A program made the translations under genes and the position numbers. A DNA stretch of 64,000 bases, from assembly GCA_001899855.1 (NCBI GenBank), contig MKWR01000022.1:6456-70455 (forward strand), read 5' to 3'. Within the stretch, counting starts at the first letter, position 1; each line of letters starts with the position of its first letter. The notes beneath the pieces are model-generated. The model saw only the letters and a list, made by a program, of their open reading frames with translations. It made no database searches and was not told where the DNA came from. Positions 39,140 to 51,673 of the stretch are shown here, in pieces. Source of the DNA: Lysobacterales bacterium 63-13. Its GTDB lineage: Bacteria; Pseudomonadota; Gammaproteobacteria; Xanthomonadales; Rhodanobacteraceae.

Positions 39140-40143
39140 TGGCAAAGCCCCGCAAACCAGCCAATCGCCTGCGCGAAACGCCAGCGGCAAACCAGAGCCT
39201 GCCGCGCGAGCGCCGCCCGCTGCGTTCGCGCTGGAACGCCTGGACTCGCCAGCATCAACAGAGTTTCCGCGCCAGCCTTGGCCGCCTGCTTGCGCGTCCG
39301 TGGTCGACCGCGCTGACCGTGCTGGTCATGGGCATTGCCCTGGCCCTGCCGCTGCTGTTGTTCGTCGTCCTCGACAACGCACGCGGGCTTGCCGGCGGGC
39401 TGCGCGAGGCGCGTGAATTCACGATCTTCCTCGACAGCGCGCAAGATGCACAATCGGCACGCCAGTTCGCCGAGCAGTTGGGCAAGCGTGCCGACGTCCT
39501 CGCCGTCACCCTGCGCACGCCGGAACAGGGCCTCGCCGAGTTCCGCCAGCTCTCCGGGTTTTCCGAAGCGCTCGATGTCCTTGAAGGCAATCCCCTGCCC
39601 AGCGTGCTCGTGGTCACGCCGCGGCTGCAGGCCGGCAACGGCGAACCTGCCCTGCTCGCCGAGTTGCAGGCCGATGCGCGCGTGGACATGGTCCAGTACG
39701 ACGCCGAGTGGCGCAAACGGTTGTCGGCGATCCTCGGTTTTGGCGAACGCGCGATGCTGGCGCTGATGGTCCTGCTTGGCCTGGCGACCTTGCTCGTGGT
39801 CGGCAACACCGTGCGCATGGACATCCAGAGCCGGGCCGAGGAAATAGCCGTCACGCAACTGATGGGGGCCAGCGACGGCTTCGTGCGCCGCCCGTTCCTC
39901 TACGCGGGTTTCTGGTATGGAGTCCTTGGCGGTGTACTTGCCGTGCTTGCTGTTGGTATCGTCGAACTTGTCGTGCACGCCCCGCTGCTGGAACTGCTGG
40001 CCAGCTACCAGAACCGCTTCAGCCTGCATGGCTTCGGCTGGCGCGATGCGATGATGGTAGTCGCCGCCAGTGCCTTGCTGGGCTGGCTTGGCGCCTGGAT
40101 TGTCAGCACCCGCCACCTTTTCGCCGGACGACCCCGACATTGA
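39139..40143 (+). CDS. ftsX: Cell division permease FtsX
   Basis: PWSTALTVLVMGIALALP, NPLPSVLVV, VGNTVRMDI, GASDGFVRRPFLY. Confidence 0.95.
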   Translation: MAKPRKPANRLRETPAANQSLPRERRPLRSRWNAWTRQHQQSFRASLGRLLARPWSTALTVLVMGIALALPLLLFVVLDNARGLAGGLREAREFTIFLDSAQDAQSARQFAEQLGKRADVLAVTLRTPEQGLAEFRQLSGFSEALDVLEGNPLPSVLVVTPRLQAGNGEPALLAELQADARVDMVQYDAEWRKRLSAILGFGERAMLALMVLLGLATLLVVGNTVRMDIQSRAEEIAVTQLMGASDGFVRRPFLYAGFWYGVLGGVLAVLAVGIVELVVHAPLLELLASYQNRFSLHGFGWRDAMMVVAASALLGWLGAWIVSTRHLFAGRPRH

Positions 40144-40994
40144 GCACGAAATCCACCCTCACCCGCCACCTTTCCTCCGACGAACCGCGTGTCCTCGTCG
40201 TCGACGGATCGCGCGTGGTGCGCCGGCTCATCGAGCAGATGCTGAAATCCAACCTGCCCGGGGTGATCGTGCTGGCCTGCGAAACCGGTGCCGAGGCGAT
40301 TGCCCAACTTGCCGACGGCGTGGTCGATTTCGTCACCACCGCGCTGCGCCTGCCGGACATGGACGGCCTCGAACTGGCGCGGCGGATCCGCGAAAGCTCG
40401 CCGCAGGCCTACATGCCGATCGTCGTGGTTTCCGGTGACGTGCAGGAACGCCTGGTGACGCGCTCGCTGAGCGACGACGTGACGGATTATTTCGACAAGT
40501 CGCTAGGCTTCCTGGCCCTGGCGGAATTCATCCGCGGTTACGTGCAACCAACGGAATCGACCTCCGGCGAAGTGCTGTATGTCGAGGACAGCCGCGTGGT
40601 CGCCCTGGCAACGCGGCGCATGCTCGAGAAGCATGGCCTGACCGTGCTGCACGTGATCAGTGTCGAGGATGCCCTGGCCTTGCTGGAAACGGCGCAGTCG
40701 ATGAACCGCATCGGAGCCGACATCGTCCTCACCGACGTCAACCTGAAAGGCGAGCTGACCGGCGGCGACCTGCTCGATCGGATCCGCCACCAGCTCGGCT
40801 ATGGCAAGGGGCACCTGCCGGTCATCGTCATGACCGGCGACGACAACCCCGACAACCAGGCCGCCTTGTTGCGCGCAGGGGCCAACGACCTCGTCGAGAA
40901 ACCGATCGAGGAACGCCTGCTGGTGACCAAGCTGCTGTTCCAGTTGCGCGTCGGTCGCCATCTGCGCGCACGGTCCAGCACCGCCGCGCAATGA
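40140..40994 (+). CDS. Tandem-receiver response regulator (degenerate REC plus canonical REC)
   Basis: REC1 VLVVDGS...[13 protein letters not shown] lacks the acceptor Asp; REC2 YVEDS...VLTDVNL; TTG start overlapping ftsX stop. Confidence 0.8.
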   Translation: MSTKSTLTRHLSSDEPRVLVVDGSRVVRRLIEQMLKSNLPGVIVLACETGAEAIAQLADGVVDFVTTALRLPDMDGLELARRIRESSPQAYMPIVVVSGDVQERLVTRSLSDDVTDYFDKSLGFLALAEFIRGYVQPTESTSGEVLYVEDSRVVALATRRMLEKHGLTVLHVISVEDALALLETAQSMNRIGADIVLTDVNLKGELTGGDLLDRIRHQLGYGKGHLPVIVMTGDDNPDNQAALLRAGANDLVEKPIEERLLVTKLLFQLRVGRHLRARSSTAAQ

Positions 40995-41698
40995 GTGGCG
41001 AGCGGCTGAAACTGGAAACATCCTGGAAACAACGCCTCGGCGGTGTTTTCGCGACGCCAGAGTTGCAGCAGCTGGCGGCGTTCCTGCGCGCCGAGAAGGC
41101 GGCCGGCAAGGTCATCTACCCACCCGGATCGCAGATCTTCGCCGCCCTCGACAGCACGCCGTTTGATCGGGTCAAGGTGGTCATCCTCGGCCAGGATCCC
41201 TACCACGGCCCCGGCCAGGCACATGGCCTGTGTTTCTCTGTCGCACCCGGCGTGGCGGTGCCACCATCGCTGCAGAACATCTTCAAGGAAATAGCGCGTG
41301 ACCTGGATCTGCCGCGCCCCACGCACGGTTGCCTGACCGCGTGGGTGAAACAGGGCGTGCTCCTGCTCAATGCCGTGCTCACCGTCGAACGGGGCCTTGC
41401 CGGCTCGCACCAGGGCAAGGGTTGGGAAATCCTCACCGATGCCTGCATTGAAGCCCTGAATCGCGAGCGCGAAGGAGTGGTCTTCCTGCTCTGGGGCAGC
41501 CACGCCCAGGCCAAGGGCCGCCTGATCGACAATCAGCGCCACCTGATCCTCAAGGCACCGCATCCGTCGCCGCTGTCGGCGCATCGCGGTTTCCTCGGTT
41601 GCGGGCACTTTTCCCGGGCCAATCGTTATCTGGAGCAATGCGGACGCAGCCCGATCGACTGGAGCCTGCCGGCGCTTGTCGATGCCGGCACCGCCTGA
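40991..41698 (+). CDS. ung: Uracil-DNA glycosylase
   Basis: [37 protein letters not shown]. Confidence 0.97.
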   Translation: MSGERLKLETSWKQRLGGVFATPELQQLAAFLRAEKAAGKVIYPPGSQIFAALDSTPFDRVKVVILGQDPYHGPGQAHGLCFSVAPGVAVPPSLQNIFKEIARDLDLPRPTHGCLTAWVKQGVLLLNAVLTVERGLAGSHQGKGWEILTDACIEALNREREGVVFLLWGSHAQAKGRLIDNQRHLILKAPHPSPLSAHRGFLGCGHFSRANRYLEQCGRSPIDWSLPALVDAGTA

Positions 41699-41820
41699 TC
41701 GGGATTGTTCACGCCTGCTTGGCGGACTGCTTACGACCGATTAACGGATTCCCGGTTACAATACCGGGCAGTTCAGTTATCTTCGAGACTCCCGCCCGCA
41801 TGGGGGAACTCCCGCCGCCT

Positions 41821-41847
41821 TTAGCACTCTCATGAGGGGAGTGCTAA
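41821..41847. promoter_or_regulatory. CIRCE element (HrcA operator) upstream of rpoH
   Basis: Perfect TTAGCACTC-N9-GAGTGCTAA, 28 bp before the rpoH ATG. Confidence 0.93.
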
Positions 41848-41875
41848 AATTGCAGCACGAATGAGGAGAGGGTGC

Positions 41876-42739
<864 letters not shown>

Positions 42740-42761
42740 GGGCCAGGAACATGGAACAGCG

Positions 42762-42797
42762 AAACGGGAGTCGCGAAAGCGGCTCCCGTTTTCTTTT
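42762..42797 (+). terminator. Rho-independent terminator after rpoH
   Basis: AAACGGGAGTCGC-GAAA-GCGGCTCCCGTTT followed by TCTTTT. Confidence 0.85.
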
Positions 42798-42899
42798 GCG
42801 GCGATTGATTTTCGTCGGCTGAGCGCGCGACCAGGCCGCAGGCCTGCGCCTCCCGGCATTCAACAGCCGAACGGCTGATCATCCCGATTCCCGTCGCTT

Positions 42900-45086
<2,187 letters not shown>

Positions 45087-45197
45087 TTGCCGAGTTTACC
45101 CGGCGAGCGGAAATCCGCTTCCATTGACTTGCCGCGACTTCCTCACTTGGAACCGAGAATATGTCGCCAAGTAGTTGCCTTGGCGAAGGAAAATCCC

Positions 45198-45232
45198 TTA
45201 TCCACAGCTGCTGTGGATAAGTCTGTGGATCA
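45198..45232. promoter_or_regulatory. Cluster of three DnaA boxes upstream of priA
   Basis: TTATCCACA-gctgc-TGTGGATAA-gtc-TGTGGATCA (two perfect, one near-consensus). Confidence 0.8.
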
Positions 45233-45519
45233 GGCTCCCGCAAGTCGGTTGCGGGGGCCATCCGATGCGCCCGTTGTCATCTTGGCGAAACTTTGACCAC
45301 CCACTTTTTATCCTTCTCTTTCATGCACTTGCAAATAGCGTTGGCGGGCATTCAGGGACATGGACGGCGCCGTCGGGGGTCATGACACCTCGCCACGCAA
45401 CTGTGCAAAACACACTTGACAGGCTGGAAAAACGCGGGATCCCAGCGCTGCTGCGCCATTGCGCGCTTTCCGCCGGCACGCGCGTCGTGCAGCGGCGTCC
45501 GTGGACGCCCTGCCCGCGC

Positions 45520-46740
45520 TCAGGTCAAGGCAAGACTGATCAGCCCGGCAAAAGCCAGGGCAAAGGAAAGGATCACCGAGTAACTGATGCCGATCATGCC
45601 GTACTTGATGAAGGTCATCGTCCAGCCCTGGCGATAGACGCGCTTTTGCATGAGGAACAAATAGAGGAACAACCAGATCCAGGCCATCGCCGTCAGCCAG
45701 CCCAGCGGCTGGCTCAGCCACACTCGCGCGCCGGCAAGGTCAGCGAGCTGGCCGAGGCCGAGGATGACCAGCACCGACATGAAGATGAAGGCATGGCTGT
45801 GCAAGGCAACCAGCAGGTGCTCCATGTACAGCCGCCGCTTGAACAGGTAGAAAAACTTGAGCAGCACGGCAAACAGCGGCATCAGCACGAACAGGGTCTG
45901 CGGCAATACCGAGAAGAACCCGGCGAGCAGGCGCCCCGGATCCTTGTTCACGTTATCGAGGTTTTCCTGCATGTGCGCCAGCGTGTGGTTGAGCCGTGCA
46001 TTGAGCCCGTCGGACAACCAGGTGATGTGCACCGGGTTGCTCTGTGCATCCCAGGGTTGCCCACCGAACAGGTTGATCGTCGCCGCACGCTTCTTCGCCG
46101 GGGCGGCCCCCGGCTCCGCTGCCGGCATCTTTGCCGCGCTCTCCAGTTCTGCGAGGCGATCGACGCCACGTTTGCGCGCCCTTTCGATTTTTTCCTCGAG
46201 CCTGGTCTGCGCCTTTGCCGACAAGGCCGGAACCTCCAGGGCGACATGCAATTCGGCGACGGTCGCGGCAACGGCCTTGTTCACCTCCTCGGCGGTCGCG
46301 GCCGCTTCGATGTCGTCCTGCACGGCGAATTTGAGCTCGTCCGGCTTGATCTCGGGCAAGGCCATCTGCATGGAGAAGAAAGCGATGATGGAGAGGAAGA
46401 AAAACAGGCGGAACGGTGTCACGTAGCGGGCGCGCCGCCCGGCGACATATTCCGTGGTCAGGTAGCCGGGGCGGACGTACAGGTCCCATAGCGAGCGGAA
46501 GATGCGCGAATCGACATTGAAGACGATGTCGGCAAGATCGGACATGACTTCGGACAGGTGCCGGATCATGCCTTTCTCGGACTGGCCGCAGGCGTAGCAA
46601 TACGGCCCATGCGCCGGCGCGCCGCAATTCGGGCAGGTGCGCAGCGGCGAGTCCGGCAATGGTGCCGTGAATTCCGCGTCAGCCGTTGCCTGCGCCGGCA
46701 ACGGCGGCGGCGGTGGCGGCAGTTCGATATTCGCGCTCAT
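45520..46740 (-). CDS. DUF3667 domain membrane protein
   Basis: CPNCG...GPYCYACGQ, DSRIFRSL..L..RPGYLTTEYVAGRRARYVTPFRLF. Confidence 0.85.
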   Translation of the reverse strand: MSANIELPPPPPPLPAQATADAEFTAPLPDSPLRTCPNCGAPAHGPYCYACGQSEKGMIRHLSEVMSDLADIVFNVDSRIFRSLWDLYVRPGYLTTEYVAGRRARYVTPFRLFFFLSIIAFFSMQMALPEIKPDELKFAVQDDIEAAATAEEVNKAVAATVAELHVALEVPALSAKAQTRLEEKIERARKRGVDRLAELESAAKMPAAEPGAAPAKKRAATINLFGGQPWDAQSNPVHITWLSDGLNARLNHTLAHMQENLDNVNKDPGRLLAGFFSVLPQTLFVLMPLFAVLLKFFYLFKRRLYMEHLLVALHSHAFIFMSVLVILGLGQLADLAGARVWLSQPLGWLTAMAWIWLFLYLFLMQKRVYRQGWTMTFIKYGMIGISYSVILSFALAFAGLISLALT

Positions 46741-47048
46741 CGTGGTCCCAGCATTCCTTGGTCGCGCAGCCAGTTGCAGGCGTCGCCCACCCGCAGCTGC
46801 AGCGGCATGCTGCGGCAGCCCGGTTCAGGTTTCGCCGTGCTCGATTCGACCCGCGGATGATGACAGGTGCCGGCATTCATTCCAGCAGGTGCCCGCCGAG
46901 AAATCCGCTTGCTCCGATCAGCATCACCCGCATGCGCTCTACTCCGTTTCGTGGTGGCGCTCCAGCGATCGCTGCGCAATCGCCCGGGCGCATCGTCAAC
47001 AAGCCTGTTGCCCGCCGCTATACTCCGCGCCCGCAGAAAGCATTCCCG

Positions 47049-48416
47049 ATGACCGCCATTCTATCCAGCGACCGGCCACGGTTGGCCAGCGAACTTGATG
47101 CCACGATCCGTCTTGCCGCGCCGCTGGTGCTTGGCCAGCTCTCGGCAATCGGCATGAACCTGATCGATACCGTGCTCGCCGGTCATCTCGATGCGCACAC
47201 GCTTGGCGCAGTCGCCCTCGGCAGCAATGTCTGGACGCTGGCCATCATCACCATCATCGGCATGATGATGGCGCTGCAGCCCTCGGTTGCGCAGTTGCGC
47301 GGCGCCGGCCGCGAACACGAAATCGGCGCCGTGTTCCGCCAAGCGCTGTGGCTGGCCGTGCCGCTCGGCATCGGCCTTGGCCTTGCCGCGGCATTCCTCG
47401 GCCCGCTGCTGTTCGGCCTGATCGGCGTCGATGCCAGCCTGGTCGCCGACGCCAGCGCGTTCCTGCGGGCGATTGCCTGGGGCGCACCGGCGTTGTCGGT
47501 GTTCTTCGCCTTGCGCGGCCTCAGCGAAGGCATGGGCATGACCCGGCCAACCATGTATTTCAGCCTGCTCGGATTGATTCTGCTCGGCCCCTTTGGCTAT
47601 GTGCTGATGTATGGGGCCTTCGGCATCCCGCGCCTTGGTGCCTTCGGTTGCGGCATCGCCACGGCCATCGTGCTGTGGCTGCAATGCGCGGCCTTCGCCG
47701 TGTATGTCGCGCGCCGCGCGCGCTATCGCGACCTGCATCTGCTGGCGCGTTTCGATCGACCGCATCGGCGCACCCTGCTCGATCTGCTCAATATTGGCGC
47801 ACCCATCGCGGTGACCCTGCTCATGGAAGCCGGCTTGTTCGTCGCCGTCGCCCTGACCATCGGCAAACTCGGTGCCGATGTCATTGCCAGTCACCAGATC
47901 GCCATCAACATCGCCTCCGTCGTGTTCATGGTGCCGCTGGGCATCGCCATGGCCACCACCGTGCGCGTCGGCTACGCGCGCGGGCGCAACGATGGCCACG
48001 GCGTGCGCCAGGCGGCGGCCGTCGGCATGCTGCTGACGCTGGGCATGCAGGTACTTTCCGCGACCTTGCTGTTCAGCGTTCCGGAAAAGATAGCGTCGAT
48101 GTACACCAACGATGCCGCGGTTATTGCCCTGTCCGCGCAATTGCTTGTCCTGGCGGCGATTTTCCAGCTCTCCGACGGGATCCAGGCGGCCTCCAACGGC
48201 GCCTTGCGCGGGCTCAAGGACACGCGCCTGCCGATGCTCATCTCGGGTTTTGCCTATTGGGGCGTGGGCATGCCGGTCGGCCTCTGGCTGGCCTTCCACA
48301 ACGGTCTCGGTGCCGCCGGCATGTGGATCGGGCTGATTGCCGGACTCAGTGTCGCCGCCATCCTGCTGACCTCGCGCTTCTGGTCCATTGCACTGAAACT
48401 GCCTGCCAGCGCCTGA
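47049..48416 (+). CDS. MATE family efflux transporter (NorM-like)
   Basis: LAAPLVLGQL, IDTVLAGHL, ASHQIAIN, ALRGLKDTR; about 12 TM; ATG 47049. Confidence 0.93.
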   Translation: MTAILSSDRPRLASELDATIRLAAPLVLGQLSAIGMNLIDTVLAGHLDAHTLGAVALGSNVWTLAIITIIGMMMALQPSVAQLRGAGREHEIGAVFRQALWLAVPLGIGLGLAAAFLGPLLFGLIGVDASLVADASAFLRAIAWGAPALSVFFALRGLSEGMGMTRPTMYFSLLGLILLGPFGYVLMYGAFGIPRLGAFGCGIATAIVLWLQCAAFAVYVARRARYRDLHLLARFDRPHRRTLLDLLNIGAPIAVTLLMEAGLFVAVALTIGKLGADVIASHQIAINIASVVFMVPLGIAMATTVRVGYARGRNDGHGVRQAAAVGMLLTLGMQVLSATLLFSVPEKIASMYTNDAAVIALSAQLLVLAAIFQLSDGIQAASNGALRGLKDTRLPMLISGFAYWGVGMPVGLWLAFHNGLGAAGMWIGLIAGLSVAAILLTSRFWSIALKLPASA

Positions 48417-48516
48417 GCGCCATGCCGATCGACGCATGCCGGCAGGCGCGCGTTGGGCTACCCTGCCGCTCAAGGCAGTGCGGAGTCGCTGCGCATCACT
48501 TGTCCGGAGTCAATGA

Positions 48517-50367
48517 ATGTCCACCTCGCAACCGGGTTTCTTCATGCGCTTCCTGCGTGGCATCTGGAACACCCTGAATTTCACCCGGCGCCTGATCCTC
48601 AACGGCATCCTCGTCATCGTGCTCATTGCCGTGCTCGCGGCGTTGTTCCGTTCGGCGCCGATCGTGCGCGAGCAAACCGCGCTGGTGCTCGATCCGCAGG
48701 GCACCATCGTCGAGCAATACAGCACCGATCCCGGCGAGCGCATGCTGGCCAGCCTTTCCGGTGATACAACCAGGGAAGTGCAGTTGCGCGACCTGTTGCG
48801 GGTGATCGAGGTTGCCGCCGGCGATCCGCACATCTCCCGCATTGTCCTCGTCCCCGACCAGATGTCGGCGGGCATCTCGACCATGCGCGAGCTTGGCCAG
48901 GCGCTGGACCGTTTTCGCGCGGCGAACAAGGATGTGGTGGTGGTTTCCGAAGGCATGGGGCAGGGCCAGTACTACCTGGCCGCGCATGCCGACCAGATCC
49001 TGCTCGATCCGCAAGGCTCGGTCCTCCTCGAAGGCTTTGCCAATTACCGCAGCTACTACCGCGATGCGCTCGACAAGCTCGGCGTCGAGGTGCATCTGAT
49101 CCGTGTCGGCCAGTACAAGTCGGCCGGCGAACCCTACATCCTCAACCAGGCATCGGATGCCGCCAAGCAAGCCGACCTGTACTGGATGGGCGGCATCTGG
49201 AAGGAATTCCTCGACGAGATCGCGGCACTGCGCGAGCTCGATCCGGCGACGTTGAACGAGGACGTGGCGCATCTCGACGTCCTCGTGCCGAAGTTCAATG
49301 GCGACCTCGCCAAACTCGCGCTCGATCGCGGCCTAGTCGACAAGCTGGCCACGCGCAGCCAGGCGCGCAAGCTGCTCAGCGATCTTGGCAAACCCGATGA
49401 CAGCGGCGAGACGTTCCGCCAGGTCAGCTGGTCGAACTATCTCGGCATGCAGGTCGCCGCCAGCCTGCCGGATCCACGCGCGCAGGTGGCCGTGGTCGTT
49501 GCCCAGGGCGACATAGTCCAGGGCGAGCAGTCGCAGGCAGCGGTTGGCGCAACCAGCACCGCACGCCTGCTGCGCGAAGTGCGCGAGGATGAACGGATCA
49601 AGGCCGTTGTCCTGCGCGTCGATTCGCCGGGCGGCGATGCCTATGCCTCGGAGATCATCCGTCGCGAGATCGAGCAGATCCAGGCGGCCGGCAAGCCGGT
49701 GGTCGTGTCGATGGGCGATGTCGCGGCCAGCGGCGGCTACTGGATTTCCATGAACGCCGACGAGATCTGGGCACAGCCGACGACGATCACCGGATCGATC
49801 GGCATCTACGGCATGCTGGTGACGATTCCGCAGACACTCGAGAAAATCGGCATCCACACCGATGGCGTGGCGACGACACCCATTGCCGGCGCATTCGACA
49901 TCCGCCGCCCGCTCAATCCGCAGCTCGAGACGATCCTGACCAGCGTGATGCAGAAAGGCTATCGGGATTTCATCGACAAGGTCGCCGCGGCCCGTGGCAA
50001 GACGCCGGCGCAGATTGACGAGATTGCCCAGGGCCGGGTGTGGAGCGGATCCCAGGCAAAGCAACGCGGACTCGTCGACAAGCTCGGCGGCCTGCACGAT
50101 GCCATTGCCGCCGCCGCGGTACTCGGCAATCTCGGCAGCGACTACCACACGCACTATGTCGAGCGTGAACTCAGCACCTGGGAGCGTTTTGCCTTGTCGC
50201 TCGGCAACAGCGAAGCCGCCGCCGGCATCGGCCGCTGGTCGGGCCTGTCATCGCTGTCGACGCGCTGGCTTGGCCACGACGAGATCAGGCGCACCCTCTC
50301 CTTGCTCAACGAACTTGGCGGCAACCGCCTCGGCGTCGTCGCGCACTGCACCTGCGGCTTGAACTGA
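48517..50367 (+). CDS. sppA: Signal peptide peptidase SppA (67K type)
   Basis: YYLAAHAD, VGQYKSAGEP, RVDSPGG, SMGDVAASGGYWI, TITGSIGI, GRVWSG. Confidence 0.95.
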   Translation: MSTSQPGFFMRFLRGIWNTLNFTRRLILNGILVIVLIAVLAALFRSAPIVREQTALVLDPQGTIVEQYSTDPGERMLASLSGDTTREVQLRDLLRVIEVAAGDPHISRIVLVPDQMSAGISTMRELGQALDRFRAANKDVVVVSEGMGQGQYYLAAHADQILLDPQGSVLLEGFANYRSYYRDALDKLGVEVHLIRVGQYKSAGEPYILNQASDAAKQADLYWMGGIWKEFLDEIAALRELDPATLNEDVAHLDVLVPKFNGDLAKLALDRGLVDKLATRSQARKLLSDLGKPDDSGETFRQVSWSNYLGMQVAASLPDPRAQVAVVVAQGDIVQGEQSQAAVGATSTARLLREVREDERIKAVVLRVDSPGGDAYASEIIRREIEQIQAAGKPVVVSMGDVAASGGYWISMNADEIWAQPTTITGSIGIYGMLVTIPQTLEKIGIHTDGVATTPIAGAFDIRRPLNPQLETILTSVMQKGYRDFIDKVAAARGKTPAQIDEIAQGRVWSGSQAKQRGLVDKLGGLHDAIAAAAVLGNLGSDYHTHYVERELSTWERFALSLGNSEAAAGIGRWSGLSSLSTRWLGHDEIRRTLSLLNELGGNRLGVVAHCTCGLN

Positions 50368-50388
50368 TCCAGCGCATGGCGGCGGCAA

Positions 50389-50643
50389 TCAGCCGCCGCT
50401 CTGCGCGTCGATTTCCTTGTCGCGCTCGGCTTGTGCCTTCTGCAGTTCCTGTTCGACGGCCTTGGCCTTTTCCAGTGCCTTGAGCTGATCATCGATCACG
50501 GTCGGCTGGCGCACCTCGGCGGCCGGTGCCTGGTCAGTCGGCGTTTGGGCCGCAGGCGCGGCATCCGGCGCCGATGAGGAACAGGCAACCAGGAGCATTG
50601 CCGCGCACAGGCCGGAAGCGCACTGCAGGGATTGTCGTAACAT
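50389..50643 (-). CDS. Small lipoprotein, hypothetical
   Basis: Lipobox LLVAC; IDDQLKALEKAKAVEQ tail. Confidence 0.65.
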   Translation of the reverse strand: MLRQSLQCASGLCAAMLLVACSSSAPDAAPAAQTPTDQAPAAEVRQPTVIDDQLKALEKAKAVEQELQKAQAERDKEIDAQSGG

Positions 50644-50720
50644 GTCCACCTCGATCGAATGCCGGGTCTGGCGCGGACACCCAGTCTGCCGCGCGGGCCG
50701 GCCACGGACAAGCGCAACCG

Positions 50721-51497
50721 ATGAACACATCACGTTGGCGACTCGATGGACAACTGGCCCTGGTCACCGGCGCGAGCCGCGGCATCGGCCTGGCGACAGT
50801 CCGCGAACTGGCCGGACTCGGTGCCGACGTTGTCCTTGTCGCCCGCGACGAAGCGCATCTCGAGCAGGTGCGCGACGAACTTGCCGAGGAGTTCCCGCGC
50901 AGCACCTTGCGCATGTTTGCCGCCGATGTCGGCGAACACGAGCAACGCCTGCAGGTTTTCGATTTCATCGCCGATCTCGGCCTCGACCTGTCCCTGCTGG
51001 TCAACAACGTCGGCATGAATACACCGAAGCCGACGCTCGATTACACGGTCGACGAATATCACCGCATCATCGAGACGAACGTGTACTCGGCATTTGAAAT
51101 GTGCCGCCTCGCCCACCCGCAACTCGTGCAGCATGCGAATGCCGGCATCGTCAACGTCGGCTCGGTGTCCGGGCTCACTTCGGTGCGCACCGGCTCGGCG
51201 TACGGCATGAGCAAGGCCGCGCTGCACCAGCTGACGCGCAACCTCGCCATCGAATGGGCCGAGGATGGCATCCGCGTCAATGCGGTGGCGCCGTGGTACA
51301 TCCGCACGCAGCGTTCCGAGCCGGCGCTTGCCGACCCCGACTATCTCGACGAAGTGCTTGAACGCACGCCGATGAAACGCATCGGCGAACCCGAGGAAGT
51401 CGCCGCCGCGATCGCCTTCCTGTGCCTGCCGGCGGCGGCGTACATCAGCGGCGAGTGCATTGCCGTGGATGGAGGATTCCTGCGTTACGGATTTTGA
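50721..51497 (+). CDS. SDR oxidoreductase, tropinone-reductase-like
   Basis: TGASRGIG, LVNNVG, YGMSK, RVNAVAPW, VDGG. Confidence 0.92.
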   Translation: MNTSRWRLDGQLALVTGASRGIGLATVRELAGLGADVVLVARDEAHLEQVRDELAEEFPRSTLRMFAADVGEHEQRLQVFDFIADLGLDLSLLVNNVGMNTPKPTLDYTVDEYHRIIETNVYSAFEMCRLAHPQLVQHANAGIVNVGSVSGLTSVRTGSAYGMSKAALHQLTRNLAIEWAEDGIRVNAVAPWYIRTQRSEPALADPDYLDEVLERTPMKRIGEPEEVAAAIAFLCLPAAAYISGECIAVDGGFLRYGF

Positions 51498-51503
51498 ATG
51501 AAC

Positions 51504-51610
51504 GAGAATGGGGAATCGGGAATGGGGAATCGGTCGAGCAGCATCGGCCAACAATCTGAATGTGCCCATGGATTCAATCCTCTATCCCCTATTCGCTATT
51601 CCCTATTCCC
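51504..51610. repeat. Degenerate second copy of the GGGAAT hairpin element
   Basis: GAGAATGGGGAATCGGGAATGGGGAATCGG ... TATCCCCTATTCGCTATTCCCTATTCCC in the SDR-alkA gap. Confidence 0.7.
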
Positions 51611-51673
51611 GCCCAGGCCATTGATGTCCGGAAATGGCGAGTCCGAAAGCGCGATCGCTGCTAGATTGCAGCC

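Noticed and set aside
35993-39190. 1065-aa minus-strand ORF crossing ubiA, gspF, the hairpin and ftsE
   Set aside because: Antisense to three well-supported genes; typical stop-poor shadow frame.
45198-45232. DnaA boxes as oriC
   Set aside because: Only three boxes, no AT-rich unwinding element, no origin-associated genes.
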